A stretch of DNA of 56,818 nucleotides from an uncultured Clostridia bacterium (GTDB lineage: Bacteria > Bacillota > Clostridia > TANB77 > CAG-508), in assembly GCA_944389225.1 (NCBI GenBank), contig CALXLP010000006.1, forward strand, positions 1-56,818. The letters run 5' to 3'. Shown here one piece after another: positions 20,318 through 30,695 of this stretch; within the stretch, counting starts at the first letter, position 1; every line of letters starts with the position of its first letter. A model generated the notes under the pieces. It did no database searches and was not told the origin of the DNA. It saw nothing but the letters and a program-made list of their open reading frames with translations. Both the position numbers and the translations under genes were made by a program.

Positions 20318-21751
20318 TTATTGTTTCAATTTTTTAAATAAATCTTCATATATTTTATCTGCATTTAAATACATTACCATATGAATTTTTCTATCATTTT
20401 CATGAAAATGATAACTTAAATCTTCGTTAATATCTGGACAACTAATTTCTTTTTCTTCAAACCATTCTCTATTAACTAAATAAGCTATAACACTAATATC
20501 CCAAATTACTCTTCTTGTTCGAATTCCCAATACTTCATTATTATAAAATCCTCTACATAAATAATTACATAGTTCATTTTTTCCTTTTAAATATTGTTCT
20601 AATTCAAAGATTGATGTTTTTAAATTAGAGGCCACACCTTTGCAAGGTATGATTGTTAATTTGACTTTTGATGTAAATATGTCTTTTACAGCTTGTACAT
20701 CTTGTCTAAAATTAAATTCACAATTATTTTCACATACAGGACTATTTCCTCCAAGCCAAATAATTTCAATCTTGTCCATAATTTCTGGTGCTTTTTTTAT
20801 AGCTAATGCAACATTGGTAATCGCTCCAATTGCCATAATATATGTTTGCTCATTTCTATTTGCTATTTCAATCATTTTTTCTACTGCTTCATTTGTTTCA
20901 TTATATCCATTTTCTAAATAATCTGTTGCTCCTTTAAATACTTTTCCTTCTGTATTAAAATTAAGCCATTTTGCTATTTTTAGTACTTCCTGATAACTCT
21001 TTTCTAGTCCCTCTTCTATGCTAATATCATTATCCCAATGATATGGTGCAATGGTAATCGCCTCTATATGAAATCTATCTTGAGATTTTATCATATAACT
21101 GACTGCAAATTGATCATCCCACGTGTTATATGTGTCTGTGTCTAGAATTACATTTATCTTTTCTACTTTATCTTCTTTTTTATATAATGGATTCAACTTT
21201 TCATATATTTCGTTCCAATTCTTAACTCTCTCAAATCTAGTTTCTTGCTTATTATATCTTGTCGTCATTTGTAAACATTTCACACCATGATTTTCAATAT
21301 CTTCACAATGTTTACTGGAATCTTCAATCATCATATCGATATGATTTGCCCTACATACTTCACCTTTTCCATGTCTGTTGGTAAGTATCAATTTATCATA
21401 ATAAATCTCATATTTTGCTAGCCAATCTTTTGTCATTTCTAATGGATTTACATATTCTCCATTATCTCTTGCAGAAATGATATATATATCATTTCCATCT
21501 TGTTTTAATTTGTCAATGACTCTTTTTGCATTTTCCAATGGTTTTAAGTTTGTAGCAATTCTTTGTATATTGGTATGATAAAATTCATCACTTTCTTCTT
21601 GTGACCAATCAAACATGTCTATGGTTATATATACTGGATTTTCATTTATAATCCCTGTATTTCTTAGTTGTTTATCATATTTTAAATATTCTTTTAGTAA
21701 GTCATCATCAAAATTGGATATGCAATTATCTATATCGATTCCTATTCTCAT
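20318..21751 (-). CDS. Fusion: NT5C-like HAD 5'-nucleotidase + nucleoside hydrolase
   Basis: N-term MRIGIDIDN...ISAR...IEDS; C-term ILDTDTYNTWDDQFA, AIGAITNVA, WLGG, EFN, IWD. Confidence 0.8.
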   Translation of the reverse strand: MRIGIDIDNCISNFDDDLLKEYLKYDKQLRNTGIINENPVYITIDMFDWSQEESDEFYHTNIQRIATNLKPLENAKRVIDKLKQDGNDIYIISARDNGEYVNPLEMTKDWLAKYEIYYDKLILTNRHGKGEVCRANHIDMMIEDSSKHCEDIENHGVKCLQMTTRYNKQETRFERVKNWNEIYEKLNPLYKKEDKVEKINVILDTDTYNTWDDQFAVSYMIKSQDRFHIEAITIAPYHWDNDISIEEGLEKSYQEVLKIAKWLNFNTEGKVFKGATDYLENGYNETNEAVEKMIEIANRNEQTYIMAIGAITNVALAIKKAPEIMDKIEIIWLGGNSPVCENNCEFNFRQDVQAVKDIFTSKVKLTIIPCKGVASNLKTSIFELEQYLKGKNELCNYLCRGFYNNEVLGIRTRRVIWDISVIAYLVNREWFEEKEISCPDINEDLSYHFHENDRKIHMVMYLNADKIYEDLFKKLKQ

Positions 21752-21778
21752 ATGTTTTCCCTTCTATTATTATATGTT

Positions 21779-22336
21779 TTAATTTTTTATCTCAAATGTT
21801 CGTATTTCACAATTATTCAAATTTAAATCTTCTAATATTCCTTCTTCATTTGCTCCATTAAAATATCCATTAATGGCTCTTGTTACTCCACCATGTGTAA
21901 CAATTAAAATATTTTTTTCTGTATACGCTTCTTTTAACTCATCTATTAAATTCCATACTCTATTACATAAATCCTGTATGGTTTCTACACCTTTATATTC
22001 TTTATTCAGACTATAATTATTTAGTATCTCTGAATACCAATTCTCATCTTGAATTTCTTCTCTTGTTTTCCCTTCAAATTCTCCAAATCCTCTTTCTTCT
22101 AGTGCTTCTTTGAATATAATAGGTACATTTTTTGCTTCATTAATAATTTCTGCTGTTTTTCTAGCTCTCTTCAATGTAGAAGATACAATCATGTCTATTG
22201 GATAATCTTTTAAAATATTCTTTACTTCTTTTGCTTGTTCAATTCCTTTTTCGTTTAATTCAATATCTGTCTTTCCTTGAATTCTTCCTTCCTTATTCCA
22301 ATTGGTTTGTCCATGTCTAATGATATAAAACTTCAT
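21779..22336 (-). CDS. Histidine phosphatase (phosphoglycerate mutase family)
   Basis: RHGQTNWN, SSTLKRA, VTHGG. Confidence 0.9.
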   Translation of the reverse strand: MKFYIIRHGQTNWNKEGRIQGKTDIELNEKGIEQAKEVKNILKDYPIDMIVSSTLKRARKTAEIINEAKNVPIIFKEALEERGFGEFEGKTREEIQDENWYSEILNNYSLNKEYKGVETIQDLCNRVWNLIDELKEAYTEKNILIVTHGGVTRAINGYFNGANEEGILEDLNLNNCEIRTFEIKN

Positions 22337-22356
22337 ATAAATTTCCTTCCTTTATT

Positions 22357-23008
22357 TTAATTCATTTCTTTTAATAATGGAATCACATCTGATAAAGATT
22401 CTAATTTTGCATATACAAGATTTTCTATTTCTTTTGAAGGTTCTTCTAAATCTGGTATCATAATAGGTTTCATTCCTGCTCTATATATAGATAAAACACC
22501 ATTGGCTGTATCTTCAACGCCTATACATTCTTCTTTAGATAAATTTAATTGTTCTATACATTTTGAATAGATCTCCGGGTCTGGTTTTCCGCTTAGTTAC
22601 TATATCTCCTCCCATTATTATATCAAAGTAATCAACTACTCCAACCTTTTTCAAATATTTCTTTATCACTTCTAAATTAGAAGAACTTGCCACTGCCATT
22701 TTATAATCATTATTTTTTAGGAAATCTAATAATTCTAATAGTCCTTTTTTTGGTTCTATCGGATTATTTTCAAAATATTTTTCAACATATTTCTCTCTTG
22801 TTTTCAACAATTTTTCAACATCTAAGCCTTCAAACTTATTACCTAATATTTCTTTTAAACGTTTATTGTTTGTTCCTCTTATTTGTGTTAATGTTTGATC
22901 GTCTATTTTTACATTTAAATCTTCTCCTGCATGTTTTAATCCTCCTTCTTTTATATGTTCTGTATCTAACATTGTTCCATCCATATCAAATATCACTGCT
23001 TTTATCAT
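22357..23008 (-). CDS. HAD-family phosphatase (beta-PGM/CbbY-like) split by +1 frameshift at CGGA (22591-22588)
   Basis: FDMDGT...ASSS in frame 0; GKPDPEIY...VEDTANG...AGM...KEMN* continues in +1 frame to 22357. Confidence 0.85.
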
Positions 23009-23142
23009 CGTAATTACACTCCTTCATTTTTTATATAAATTCCTTTGCTAATCTTATTTTAACAATATTGTAATAAAAATTGCAATATTGGATTGCAGAA
23101 ATACCTTTTATTCTTTATTTTTCTGTTTTAAACTTTTTTTAT

Positions 23143-23748
23143 TTATATTATAAAATAAGAATTTGTTTCTCTATTTTCAAGAATGTCATCTGCAAAAAAG
23201 GCATATTTAAATCTAATTCTATTATCCCAGATAATGTTTTCAATCTCACATTTTCCTAAAACATTTAATATATCAAACGTAAATGTATTCGGTATTCTTA
23301 ATACCAAATTATGTGTTATATTCTCTTTTGCTTTATAAAACATTTCCTTTATACTTGGTTGTGTCATTTCTAAATTCATCACATGCTCTTTTTTGTTACT
23401 TCCCGCACTCCAATCTGGGTCTAATATTGCAACTTCTGCTTGTATATTTTGTAAAAGATTTTCATCTAAAACATTTCCTTGTATAAATTCTGTTCTATTT
23501 TGAACTCCATATAATTGTGCATTTTTCTTTGCTGATACAATTCTTTCTTCATCCATATCAATTCCATAAACATAATCTAGTTTTTTAGCTAATTGAATAA
23601 CCGTCATTCCCAATGCACAACATAATTCTACACCTGTTTTATACTCACTCAATCTTTTAGCCAAATGTTTACTTATGACTTCTGGACAACTCATATAGAT
23701 TCCATCTGCATCCCCATATATTTCTTTAGAGAATTTATTTTCATTCAT
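23143..23748 (-). CDS. Class I SAM-dependent methyltransferase (TGS1/RsmD-like)
   Basis: ELCCALG motif I, GIDMD, AKKNAQLYGV, LDPDW. Confidence 0.75.
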   Translation of the reverse strand: MNENKFSKEIYGDADGIYMSCPEVISKHLAKRLSEYKTGVELCCALGMTVIQLAKKLDYVYGIDMDEERIVSAKKNAQLYGVQNRTEFIQGNVLDENLLQNIQAEVAILDPDWSAGSNKKEHVMNLEMTQPSIKEMFYKAKENITHNLVLRIPNTFTFDILNVLGKCEIENIIWDNRIRFKYAFFADDILENRETNSYFII

Positions 23749-23987
23749 TTTATGCTCCCTTTTATATCTTAATGTATTTCTTCTTAATAATAATCATATT
23801 TTCCAATAATTATTTTTTTCATCATACCATAAAGTCTAAAAAAAATAAAGTTTCAAAATAAATCGATTGTTTTGGAAACTTCATTATAATTTTTTTCATT
23901 ATTAAAAATTTATATGTATATAATAGAAACGGATGTCTTTGGCAAAATGCCTCTGACATCCTTGTTCCTATTGATAGAAGTGTTTTC

Positions 23988-24431
23988 CTACAGGCCAAAA
24001 TATAAGGCGCTGAAAAGTTCCTCAACCATTCCTTCGAACTCTTGTCCTACGAAATCATTCACTCCTGCCGTTGTGACGGTTTTTACCAGTTCTATGATAT
24101 GGTTTTTTTCCTCCTCTTTCCATTGCTTTCCCTGGACAGCTTTTTTCAAGGTTACATCTCCTTTGATGATAACCTCGTTAATGCAGGCTCTCGCCAACAT
24201 TATCTCCGCAATCTCTGCAGCACGCTCCTGGCATTTTTTCAGGCCTATTTCCAACTCCACTCCATATTGATCAAGAACATCGTTCTTAATCGGAGTAGTG
24301 ACTTCTTTCACTAGCCTTTTCTTCATCTCTTTCGAGAAAACCAGGCTTCTAGCCTTTGTTGTTATTTCTGGATACCGCTTAATAACATCTCCTATATCCA
24401 GAAAATCGATTGTCATCATTTCAACTCCCAT
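23988..24431 (-). CDS. Orphan hypothetical protein, GC-richer than neighbours
   Basis: 147 aa, GGAGG RBS, TGn-TATAAT upstream. Confidence 0.6.
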   Translation of the reverse strand: MGVEMMTIDFLDIGDVIKRYPEITTKARSLVFSKEMKKRLVKEVTTPIKNDVLDQYGVELEIGLKKCQERAAEIAEIMLARACINEVIIKGDVTLKKAVQGKQWKEEEKNHIIELVKTVTTAGVNDFVGQEFEGMVEELFSALYFGL

Positions 24432-24505
24432 CTTCTTTACCTCCTGATAATAAATTTTTATTGGGTCTATATTTATTATACCATTTTTTGAAATATTATG
24501 TCAAT

Positions 24506-25288
24506 TTATCCTAATGCCACATCTAATATCATCATAATCACAAAACCAACTGCTACACCAATTGTTCCAATATTTGAATGCTCTCCTTCTTGTGATTCGG
24601 GAATCAATTCTTCTACAACAACATAAATCATTGCTCCTGCCGCAAAAGCTAATAAATATGGTAATATTGGTACAATTGTATTCGTTAATAATATGGTTAT
24701 GATAGCTGCAACTGGCTCAACAATTCCGGACAATGTTCCATACATAAACGCTTTTAACTTAGACACCCCTTGGGTTCTTAATGGCATAGATATAATAGCA
24801 CCTTCTGGAAAGTTTTGGATTGCTATGCCAATTGCTAAACTAATTGCACCCGCTAGACTAATTCCTACATTTCCTATCATAGCTCCCGCTAATGTCACTC
24901 CCATAGCCATCCCTTCTGGGATATTATGAAGTGTTACAGCAAAAACAAGCATAGTCGATTCTTTTATTTTCGCTTTAATTCCTTCTGGTTTATCTGTATG
25001 TAAATGTAAATGTGGTATGATACTATCTAAAATCAATAAAAAACCAATTCCTAATAGAAATCCAATAACTGCTGGTAACCATGAAATTTCATGTTGTTCT
25101 ATTGCCATTTCCATAGATGGCATGAGTAATGACCAAATAGATGCTGCCATCATGACACCTGCTGCAAAACCAATTAATAATTTTTCTACTGTTTTATGAA
25201 TAGATTTTTTCATAAAAAATACCATTGCAGAACCTAAAAGTGTTCCTAAAAATGGTATAACTAATATCATAATCATATCTATATTCAT
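24506..25288 (-). CDS. zupT: ZIP-family metal transporter
   Basis: GFAAGVM, PHLH, LHNIPEG, QNFPEG, AAGAMIYVV. Confidence 0.88.
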   Translation of the reverse strand: MNIDMIMILVIPFLGTLLGSAMVFFMKKSIHKTVEKLLIGFAAGVMMAASIWSLLMPSMEMAIEQHEISWLPAVIGFLLGIGFLLILDSIIPHLHLHTDKPEGIKAKIKESTMLVFAVTLHNIPEGMAMGVTLAGAMIGNVGISLAGAISLAIGIAIQNFPEGAIISMPLRTQGVSKLKAFMYGTLSGIVEPVAAIITILLTNTIVPILPYLLAFAAGAMIYVVVEELIPESQEGEHSNIGTIGVAVGFVIMMILDVALG

Positions 25289-25444
25289 ATATTTCTCCCT
25301 TCTTCTGTATATTTTATCATAGTTGTATCATATTTTTATCAATTTGTATAGCCTATATTTTTTCTTATTCAACAAAAAAATGTACATAAAATTAACAAAA
25401 TTTTATGTACATTTTTTACCCCTTTTATTTTATATTATTTTTCT

Positions 25445-26245
25445 TTATTGTTTAGGTCTATATGTCATAATATTACTTACAGCTTCTGGTCTAACTGGTG
25501 ACATTAAAATTTTTCCTGTTCCTCTGTATACATTAACAAATCCTTCTCCTGCAACAGCTGAACCTAATAAACTTCTTGTAGATTTCTCTACTGTAAAATC
25601 TAATGAATCAGACCATGCAATTGCCATATTTCCATCAATTTTTATTTGGTCATTTTGTAATTCTATTTCAATTAATTCTTCTCTTGGAACTGGACTTTCT
25701 AGAACTGCAATTCCTTGTCCTGATAATTTTAAATTAAATAATCCTTCCCCACCTAATACAGCTGAAGATAAATTACTTCTCATAACGACATTTGTATTCA
25801 AACTTGCTTCACAAGCTAGGAATAATCCATCTTCTAAAACCATACTACCGTTCCAAGCACCAACATCTTCTAGTAAAATATAGTTGTATGTTGGTTCTAA
25901 TGCCAATAATCCTGTACCATGATATTTAGGTTTTACTGTTGATTCACTTGTTACACTTCCCTTTATTGCTTTTCCTAAGAAATCTCCAACGCCTTTTACA
26001 TTTGTTTTTGACTCTATATTTCCAGCCATCCATTGCATTGCTCCGGCACTTGTCACATATTCATCTCCTTGTAATTGAATCACAACTTGTCTTCTTCTAA
26101 CATTCATCTTTGCTGCAAAATATTCTGACATTGCTGTCAATTTATTAACACTGACATCTCTTTGAAATTCAACAACTGAAATATTTCCCTTTCTTTCTAT
26201 AATTTTTACATCATCATTATCAAATAGGTTCTTAACTGAAATCAT
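25445..26245 (-). CDS. AIM24-family protein
   Basis: GAMQWM, GGEGLF, IDGNMAIAW, GEGFVNVYRGTG. Confidence 0.82.
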   Translation of the reverse strand: MISVKNLFDNDDVKIIERKGNISVVEFQRDVSVNKLTAMSEYFAAKMNVRRRQVVIQLQGDEYVTSAGAMQWMAGNIESKTNVKGVGDFLGKAIKGSVTSESTVKPKYHGTGLLALEPTYNYILLEDVGAWNGSMVLEDGLFLACEASLNTNVVMRSNLSSAVLGGEGLFNLKLSGQGIAVLESPVPREELIEIELQNDQIKIDGNMAIAWSDSLDFTVEKSTRSLLGSAVAGEGFVNVYRGTGKILMSPVRPEAVSNIMTYRPKQ

Positions 26246-26401
26246 AAAAATACCTCCTTCTATTTTTTCAAACTCATTATATACAAAACTTCTATATTTT
26301 TACAATATATTATAAAATTTTTTTATATTTTTTTATCAATTTGTTTTATTTCTATTTTCTTGTGGTATAATGATAAATGAATTTTAACAAAAGAAAGGGA
26401 G

Positions 26402-29026
26402 ATGATTGTACTCATGTCAAATACTAAGGAAGAAGTAAACGTATCAAAACTCTATGGCCAAGAGTGTTTACTATCCAAAAAAGATTTTATCAAGAAATAC
26501 AAGATTAAAGAAGAAACCGGTCTAAGTTCTCAAGAAGCTGAATACAAATTAAAACAATTAGGCCCCAATATCATTAGACAAGCCAAACCAAAAAGATGGT
26601 ATCATTACTTTTTTGAAAGTTTGTTTACACCTTTTAATTTAATTTTATTAGGAATTACTCTACTTTTGTGCTATACAGATGTTATCTTACCAGAAACACC
26701 TAGTTATGCCAATATTATTGTTATTGCTATTTTAGTTGCTGCTAGTACTTTATTAGACTTTGTTGAAATATATCGTTCTAATAAAGCAGCCGGTAAATTA
26801 AAAGAATTGGTTGCAACTACTTGTCATGTTTTAAGAGATGGTAAAGAATTGCAAATTCCTATAAAAGATGTAACTCTTGGTGATATCGTTATTCTTACTG
26901 CTGGTAGTATGATTCCAGCTGATTTAAGAATTATAGAAGCAACTGATTTATATGTTGGACAATCTTCTTTAACTGGAGAATCTGAGGCCGTAAAAAAATT
27001 AGTTGAAACAGAAGTAAATCCTGAAGATTTAGATAGTATCGCTGATTTAGACACTATTTGTTTTATGGGAACCACTGTCATTTCTGGTAGTGCAAAAGGA
27101 GTTGTTATTAAAACAGCCGATTCTACTTATTTTGGAAAAATTGCACATACAATAACCTCTGGTAAACCAAAAACAGCTTTCCAAAAAGGAATCGAAAGTA
27201 TTAGTAAATTATTAATCCGTTTTATGCTAATTATCATTCCTGTTGTCTTTATCCTTAATTTCTCAAAGCATAGTATTGTAACAGCATTTACTTTTGCAGT
27301 AGCGATTTCTATTGCTATTACACCTTTACTACTTCCTGTTATTTTATCTTCTTGTTTATCAAAAGGTGCTGTCAAAATGTCTAAGAAAAAGACAATTGTA
27401 AAAAAACTAGATGCTATTCAAAATTTTGGTGCTATGAATATTTTATGTACAGATAAAACAGGAACATTAACAGAAGATAAGATTGTTCTAGAAAAATATT
27501 TAGATATAAAAGGTGATGAAGATCTTGGTGTTTTAAAATATGCTTATTTAAATGCAAGTCTTCAAACTGGTTTAAGAAGTAATATTGATGAAGCTGTTAT
27601 TAATCGTGGTAAAGAATATAATATGCCAGAATTAACTAGTAAGTATATAAAAATAGATGAAATACCTTTTGATTTTTCTCGTAGACGTTTATCTATCGCC
27701 GTAAAAAATGAAGAAGGTAAAGATGAATTAATTACAAAAGGTGCCGTAGAAGAAATTTTAAATATTTCTACTTCTGTAGAATATAGAGGTGTGGTTTCCC
27801 CTCTAACTAAAGAAATTAAAGAAAATATACAAAGAATTAGTAAAAACTTAAATAAAGAAGGTTTAAGAGTCATTGCTGTTTGTAAAAAATATAGTAATGA
27901 ACCTGGTTATGATTTTGAAGTAAAAGATGAAAAAAATATGATATTAATTGGCTTTATTGGTTTCTTAGATCCACCTAAGGAAAGTGCCAAAGAAGCTGTT
28001 GCAAGAATGAATAAAGCTGGCATTCGTGTTATTGTTTTAACGGGTGATAATGCAGAAGTTACAAAATGTATCTGTGATAAAGTAAATATCAAGTCTAAAC
28101 ATATCATCTTAGGAAGTGAATTAGATAAGTTATCTGATATAGCTGTTCAGAGATTAATTAAGAAAAATAACATTTTTGCCAAATTATCTCCTATCCAAAA
28201 AGCAAGAATTGTAAGGCTTTTGAAAGAGCAAGGAAATGTTGTAGGATATATGGGAGATGGAATTAATGATAGTCCTTCCCTAACCAATTCAGATGTTGGT
28301 ATTTCAGTAGATACTGCTGTTGACATTGCAAAAGAATCAGCTGATATTATCTTACTAGAAAAAGATTTAAATGTTTTATTAGATGGTGTAACAGAAGGAA
28401 GAAAAACATTTGCAAACTTAATGAAATATATTAAGATGGCAACAAGCTTTAACTTTGGAGAAGTGTTATCTGTTATTGTAGCAAGTATTGCTTTACCATT
28501 TTTACCAGAAACACCTATCCAATTATTAGTAGAAGGTTTATTATATGATTTTGGACAAATGACACTTCCTTTTGATGATGTAGATGCAGAAATCGTTCGT
28601 AAACCTAAAAAATTAGATATCAAGAGTTTAAAACATTTTATGCTATTTATGGGACCAGTTAGTTCTGTTTTTGACTTAATTGTATTTGCTTCTTTATGGT
28701 TTATCTTTGGCGTTAGAGAAGCCGCGCTTTTCCAAACAATTTGGTTCTCTTATAGTATCGTTTCAAACTTAATTGGTATGCATATTATTAGAACTGCAAA
28801 AATACCTTTTATACAAAGTAATGCAAATAAAATGGTATATTTCTCTTCTATCTTGTTAATTTTAGTAGGACTTATCGTACCATTTACACCTTTAGGAAGT
28901 TTCATTGGATTAGTCCCAATGGCTGCCGAAGATATTGTGTTAATCTTTGTTGTAACCTTCCTATACTGTATTTTAGCTATGTTTGCGAAAAAGGTTTACA
29001 TCAAAAAATATGGTGAATGGATTTAA
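26402..29026 (+). CDS. mgtA: Mg2+-transporting P-type ATPase
   Basis: TGES, DKTGTLT, DEIPFDF, DPPK, TGDN, GDGIND; start may be 26414. Confidence 0.9.
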   Translation: MIVLMSNTKEEVNVSKLYGQECLLSKKDFIKKYKIKEETGLSSQEAEYKLKQLGPNIIRQAKPKRWYHYFFESLFTPFNLILLGITLLLCYTDVILPETPSYANIIVIAILVAASTLLDFVEIYRSNKAAGKLKELVATTCHVLRDGKELQIPIKDVTLGDIVILTAGSMIPADLRIIEATDLYVGQSSLTGESEAVKKLVETEVNPEDLDSIADLDTICFMGTTVISGSAKGVVIKTADSTYFGKIAHTITSGKPKTAFQKGIESISKLLIRFMLIIIPVVFILNFSKHSIVTAFTFAVAISIAITPLLLPVILSSCLSKGAVKMSKKKTIVKKLDAIQNFGAMNILCTDKTGTLTEDKIVLEKYLDIKGDEDLGVLKYAYLNASLQTGLRSNIDEAVINRGKEYNMPELTSKYIKIDEIPFDFSRRRLSIAVKNEEGKDELITKGAVEEILNISTSVEYRGVVSPLTKEIKENIQRISKNLNKEGLRVIAVCKKYSNEPGYDFEVKDEKNMILIGFIGFLDPPKESAKEAVARMNKAGIRVIVLTGDNAEVTKCICDKVNIKSKHIILGSELDKLSDIAVQRLIKKNNIFAKLSPIQKARIVRLLKEQGNVVGYMGDGINDSPSLTNSDVGISVDTAVDIAKESADIILLEKDLNVLLDGVTEGRKTFANLMKYIKMATSFNFGEVLSVIVASIALPFLPETPIQLLVEGLLYDFGQMTLPFDDVDAEIVRKPKKLDIKSLKHFMLFMGPVSSVFDLIVFASLWFIFGVREAALFQTIWFSYSIVSNLIGMHIIRTAKIPFIQSNANKMVYFSSILLILVGLIVPFTPLGSFIGLVPMAAEDIVLIFVVTFLYCILAMFAKKVYIKKYGEWI

Positions 29027-29037
29027 TGAAAATGTAT

Positions 29038-29112
29038 CAAAATGGACAGAGCTTATTTCAAGTTCTGTCCATTTTTACTATTTTTGTCCATTTTGACACG
29101 TCACCAACGTCC
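29038..29112. repeat. Degenerate REP-like copy / bidirectional hairpin between mgtA and yfcE
   Basis: aaaatggacaga...tctgtccatttt hairpin followed by tgtccattttgacacgtc shared with copies A/B. Confidence 0.6.
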
Positions 29113-29120
29113 ATTTATTT

Positions 29121-29663
29121 TTACTCTTTATATCTATATTCTTCTATCACATTTCCATCAACATCTTTTATGACAATATCTTTTTCTTCTATCATTGCAT
29201 AACTATGTGGTGTATTTTCTTTTGGTAATGAGATAGAACCTGGATTTACAAATAATTGATTATCATATTTTTTAATAAAACATGTATGGAAATGTCCGTA
29301 AAACATAATATCAAAATCTTCTGGTGGCAAATTATCTATATTGTATTTATGTCCATGTGTAAAAAACATATTTTTTCCATTAATTTTTTCTAATATATGT
29401 TCTTTTATATCAAATTCAGAAACCATTTGATCTACTTCTGCATCACAGTTTCCTCTTACAACTTCTAGTTTATCTTTTACACTATTTAATACTTTTGTTA
29501 CTTTCATTGGATCATATCCATCTGTTAATGGATTTCTAGGTCCATGATAATATAAATCTCCTAATACAACTATTTTTTCTGGTTTTTCTTTTTTAATAAT
29601 TTCTTTTAATTTGTCAGCATATACACCTGACCCATGAATATCTGATACAACCAATACTCTCAT
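29121..29663 (-). CDS. yfcE: Metallophosphoesterase YfcE
   Basis: SDIHG, LGDLYYHGPRN, VRGNCD, THGH, GHFH, NPGS. Confidence 0.9.
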   Translation of the reverse strand: MRVLVVSDIHGSGVYADKLKEIIKKEKPEKIVVLGDLYYHGPRNPLTDGYDPMKVTKVLNSVKDKLEVVRGNCDAEVDQMVSEFDIKEHILEKINGKNMFFTHGHKYNIDNLPPEDFDIMFYGHFHTCFIKKYDNQLFVNPGSISLPKENTPHSYAMIEEKDIVIKDVDGNVIEEYRYKE

Positions 29664-29791
29664 AAAACTCATTCCTTTCTTCCTTAGCTAGTTTTTGTAT
29701 TTTTTAATTATGATATATTGTAAGATATATTATTATAAAATTCAACCCCTATATAGAAAAAAATGGCATCATTTTTTGATACCACTTCTTT

Positions 29792-30325
29792 CTATTCCAT
29801 CAACTTTTTGATATCTTCATCTTGTTTTAACTTGTTTGATATAAAATGATATGCTTGCTTATTTTGTTTCACAGCAATTTCCGCCAACTCTTTATCATCA
29901 ATCAATCGTTTACTAGCATATTTGATAATAATCCCCTTATTTTCTACTGCTGCTTTTACTACTTCTTTATCATCCCTTAATTCTTCTGATGCATAATATA
30001 ATGCTTGCCCATAATGTTTACAACATTCTAACATAATCTCCTTGTCTCCTGCTAATTCCTCTGATGCATAACAAATGGTCCAAGGTGCTGTTTTAGTAGC
30101 TAATTGTAACACTTCTTTATCTCCTTTTAACCTTGTACTTGCAAATTCTAAGGCTTCTCCATCTTGTTTTAAAGCTTCCATAACCACTTCTTTGTCATCT
30201 TGTAATTCTTCTGATGCCAATTCTAGGTTTTTTCCACTTTCTTTTACTGCTTGTAGGATTATTTCTTTGTTATTACTATTTTTTTGTATTTCTTCTATTT
30301 CCATTTTATCAGTCCCTTTCTTCAA
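29792..30325 (-). CDS. DUF4116-like repeat protein
   Basis: Repeats of 'ALxYASEELxDDKEVVxxAV'. Confidence 0.8.
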   Translation of the reverse strand: MKKGTDKMEIEEIQKNSNNKEIILQAVKESGKNLELASEELQDDKEVVMEALKQDGEALEFASTRLKGDKEVLQLATKTAPWTICYASEELAGDKEIMLECCKHYGQALYYASEELRDDKEVVKAAVENKGIIIKYASKRLIDDKELAEIAVKQNKQAYHFISNKLKQDEDIKKLME

Positions 30326-30695
30326 TCATATACATTATATCACATTTCATTACTAATTCTATATAGATAAATCAATTATTTTAGAATATCTTATCATTAA
30401 AAGATTGTCCAAGAAAAAAAGCTTACATCTGAAATTGCGTGGAGCCTTAAACATGGCTCTTAATGCCTTTGAGAAAAAGAACTTCCGTTACTCATTTGTA
30501 TTTTTGTATTGGCATTTAAAACAGCGTTTTTTAGGGTATTTTTATTAGCTGATGTTGCATCCCCAAATACATACGAAATGAAAATCGCACGAGATTTAAT
30601 CGACTTCTGGTATTCATCGTATAAAAAATCTTCAGCACCATGAGTAATTTTTACTCTAATGGGCTTCAGTATTCGTACTGGAGCCCATTTAAATA

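Noticed and set aside
26246-26401. M-box riboswitch upstream of mgtA
   Set aside because: Promoter TGn-TATAAT lies ~30 nt from the start, leaving no room for a structured leader
30642-30659. GAGT-N7-ACTCTAA resembling a switch site
   Set aside because: Wrong spacer length, no partner site, no pilin gene
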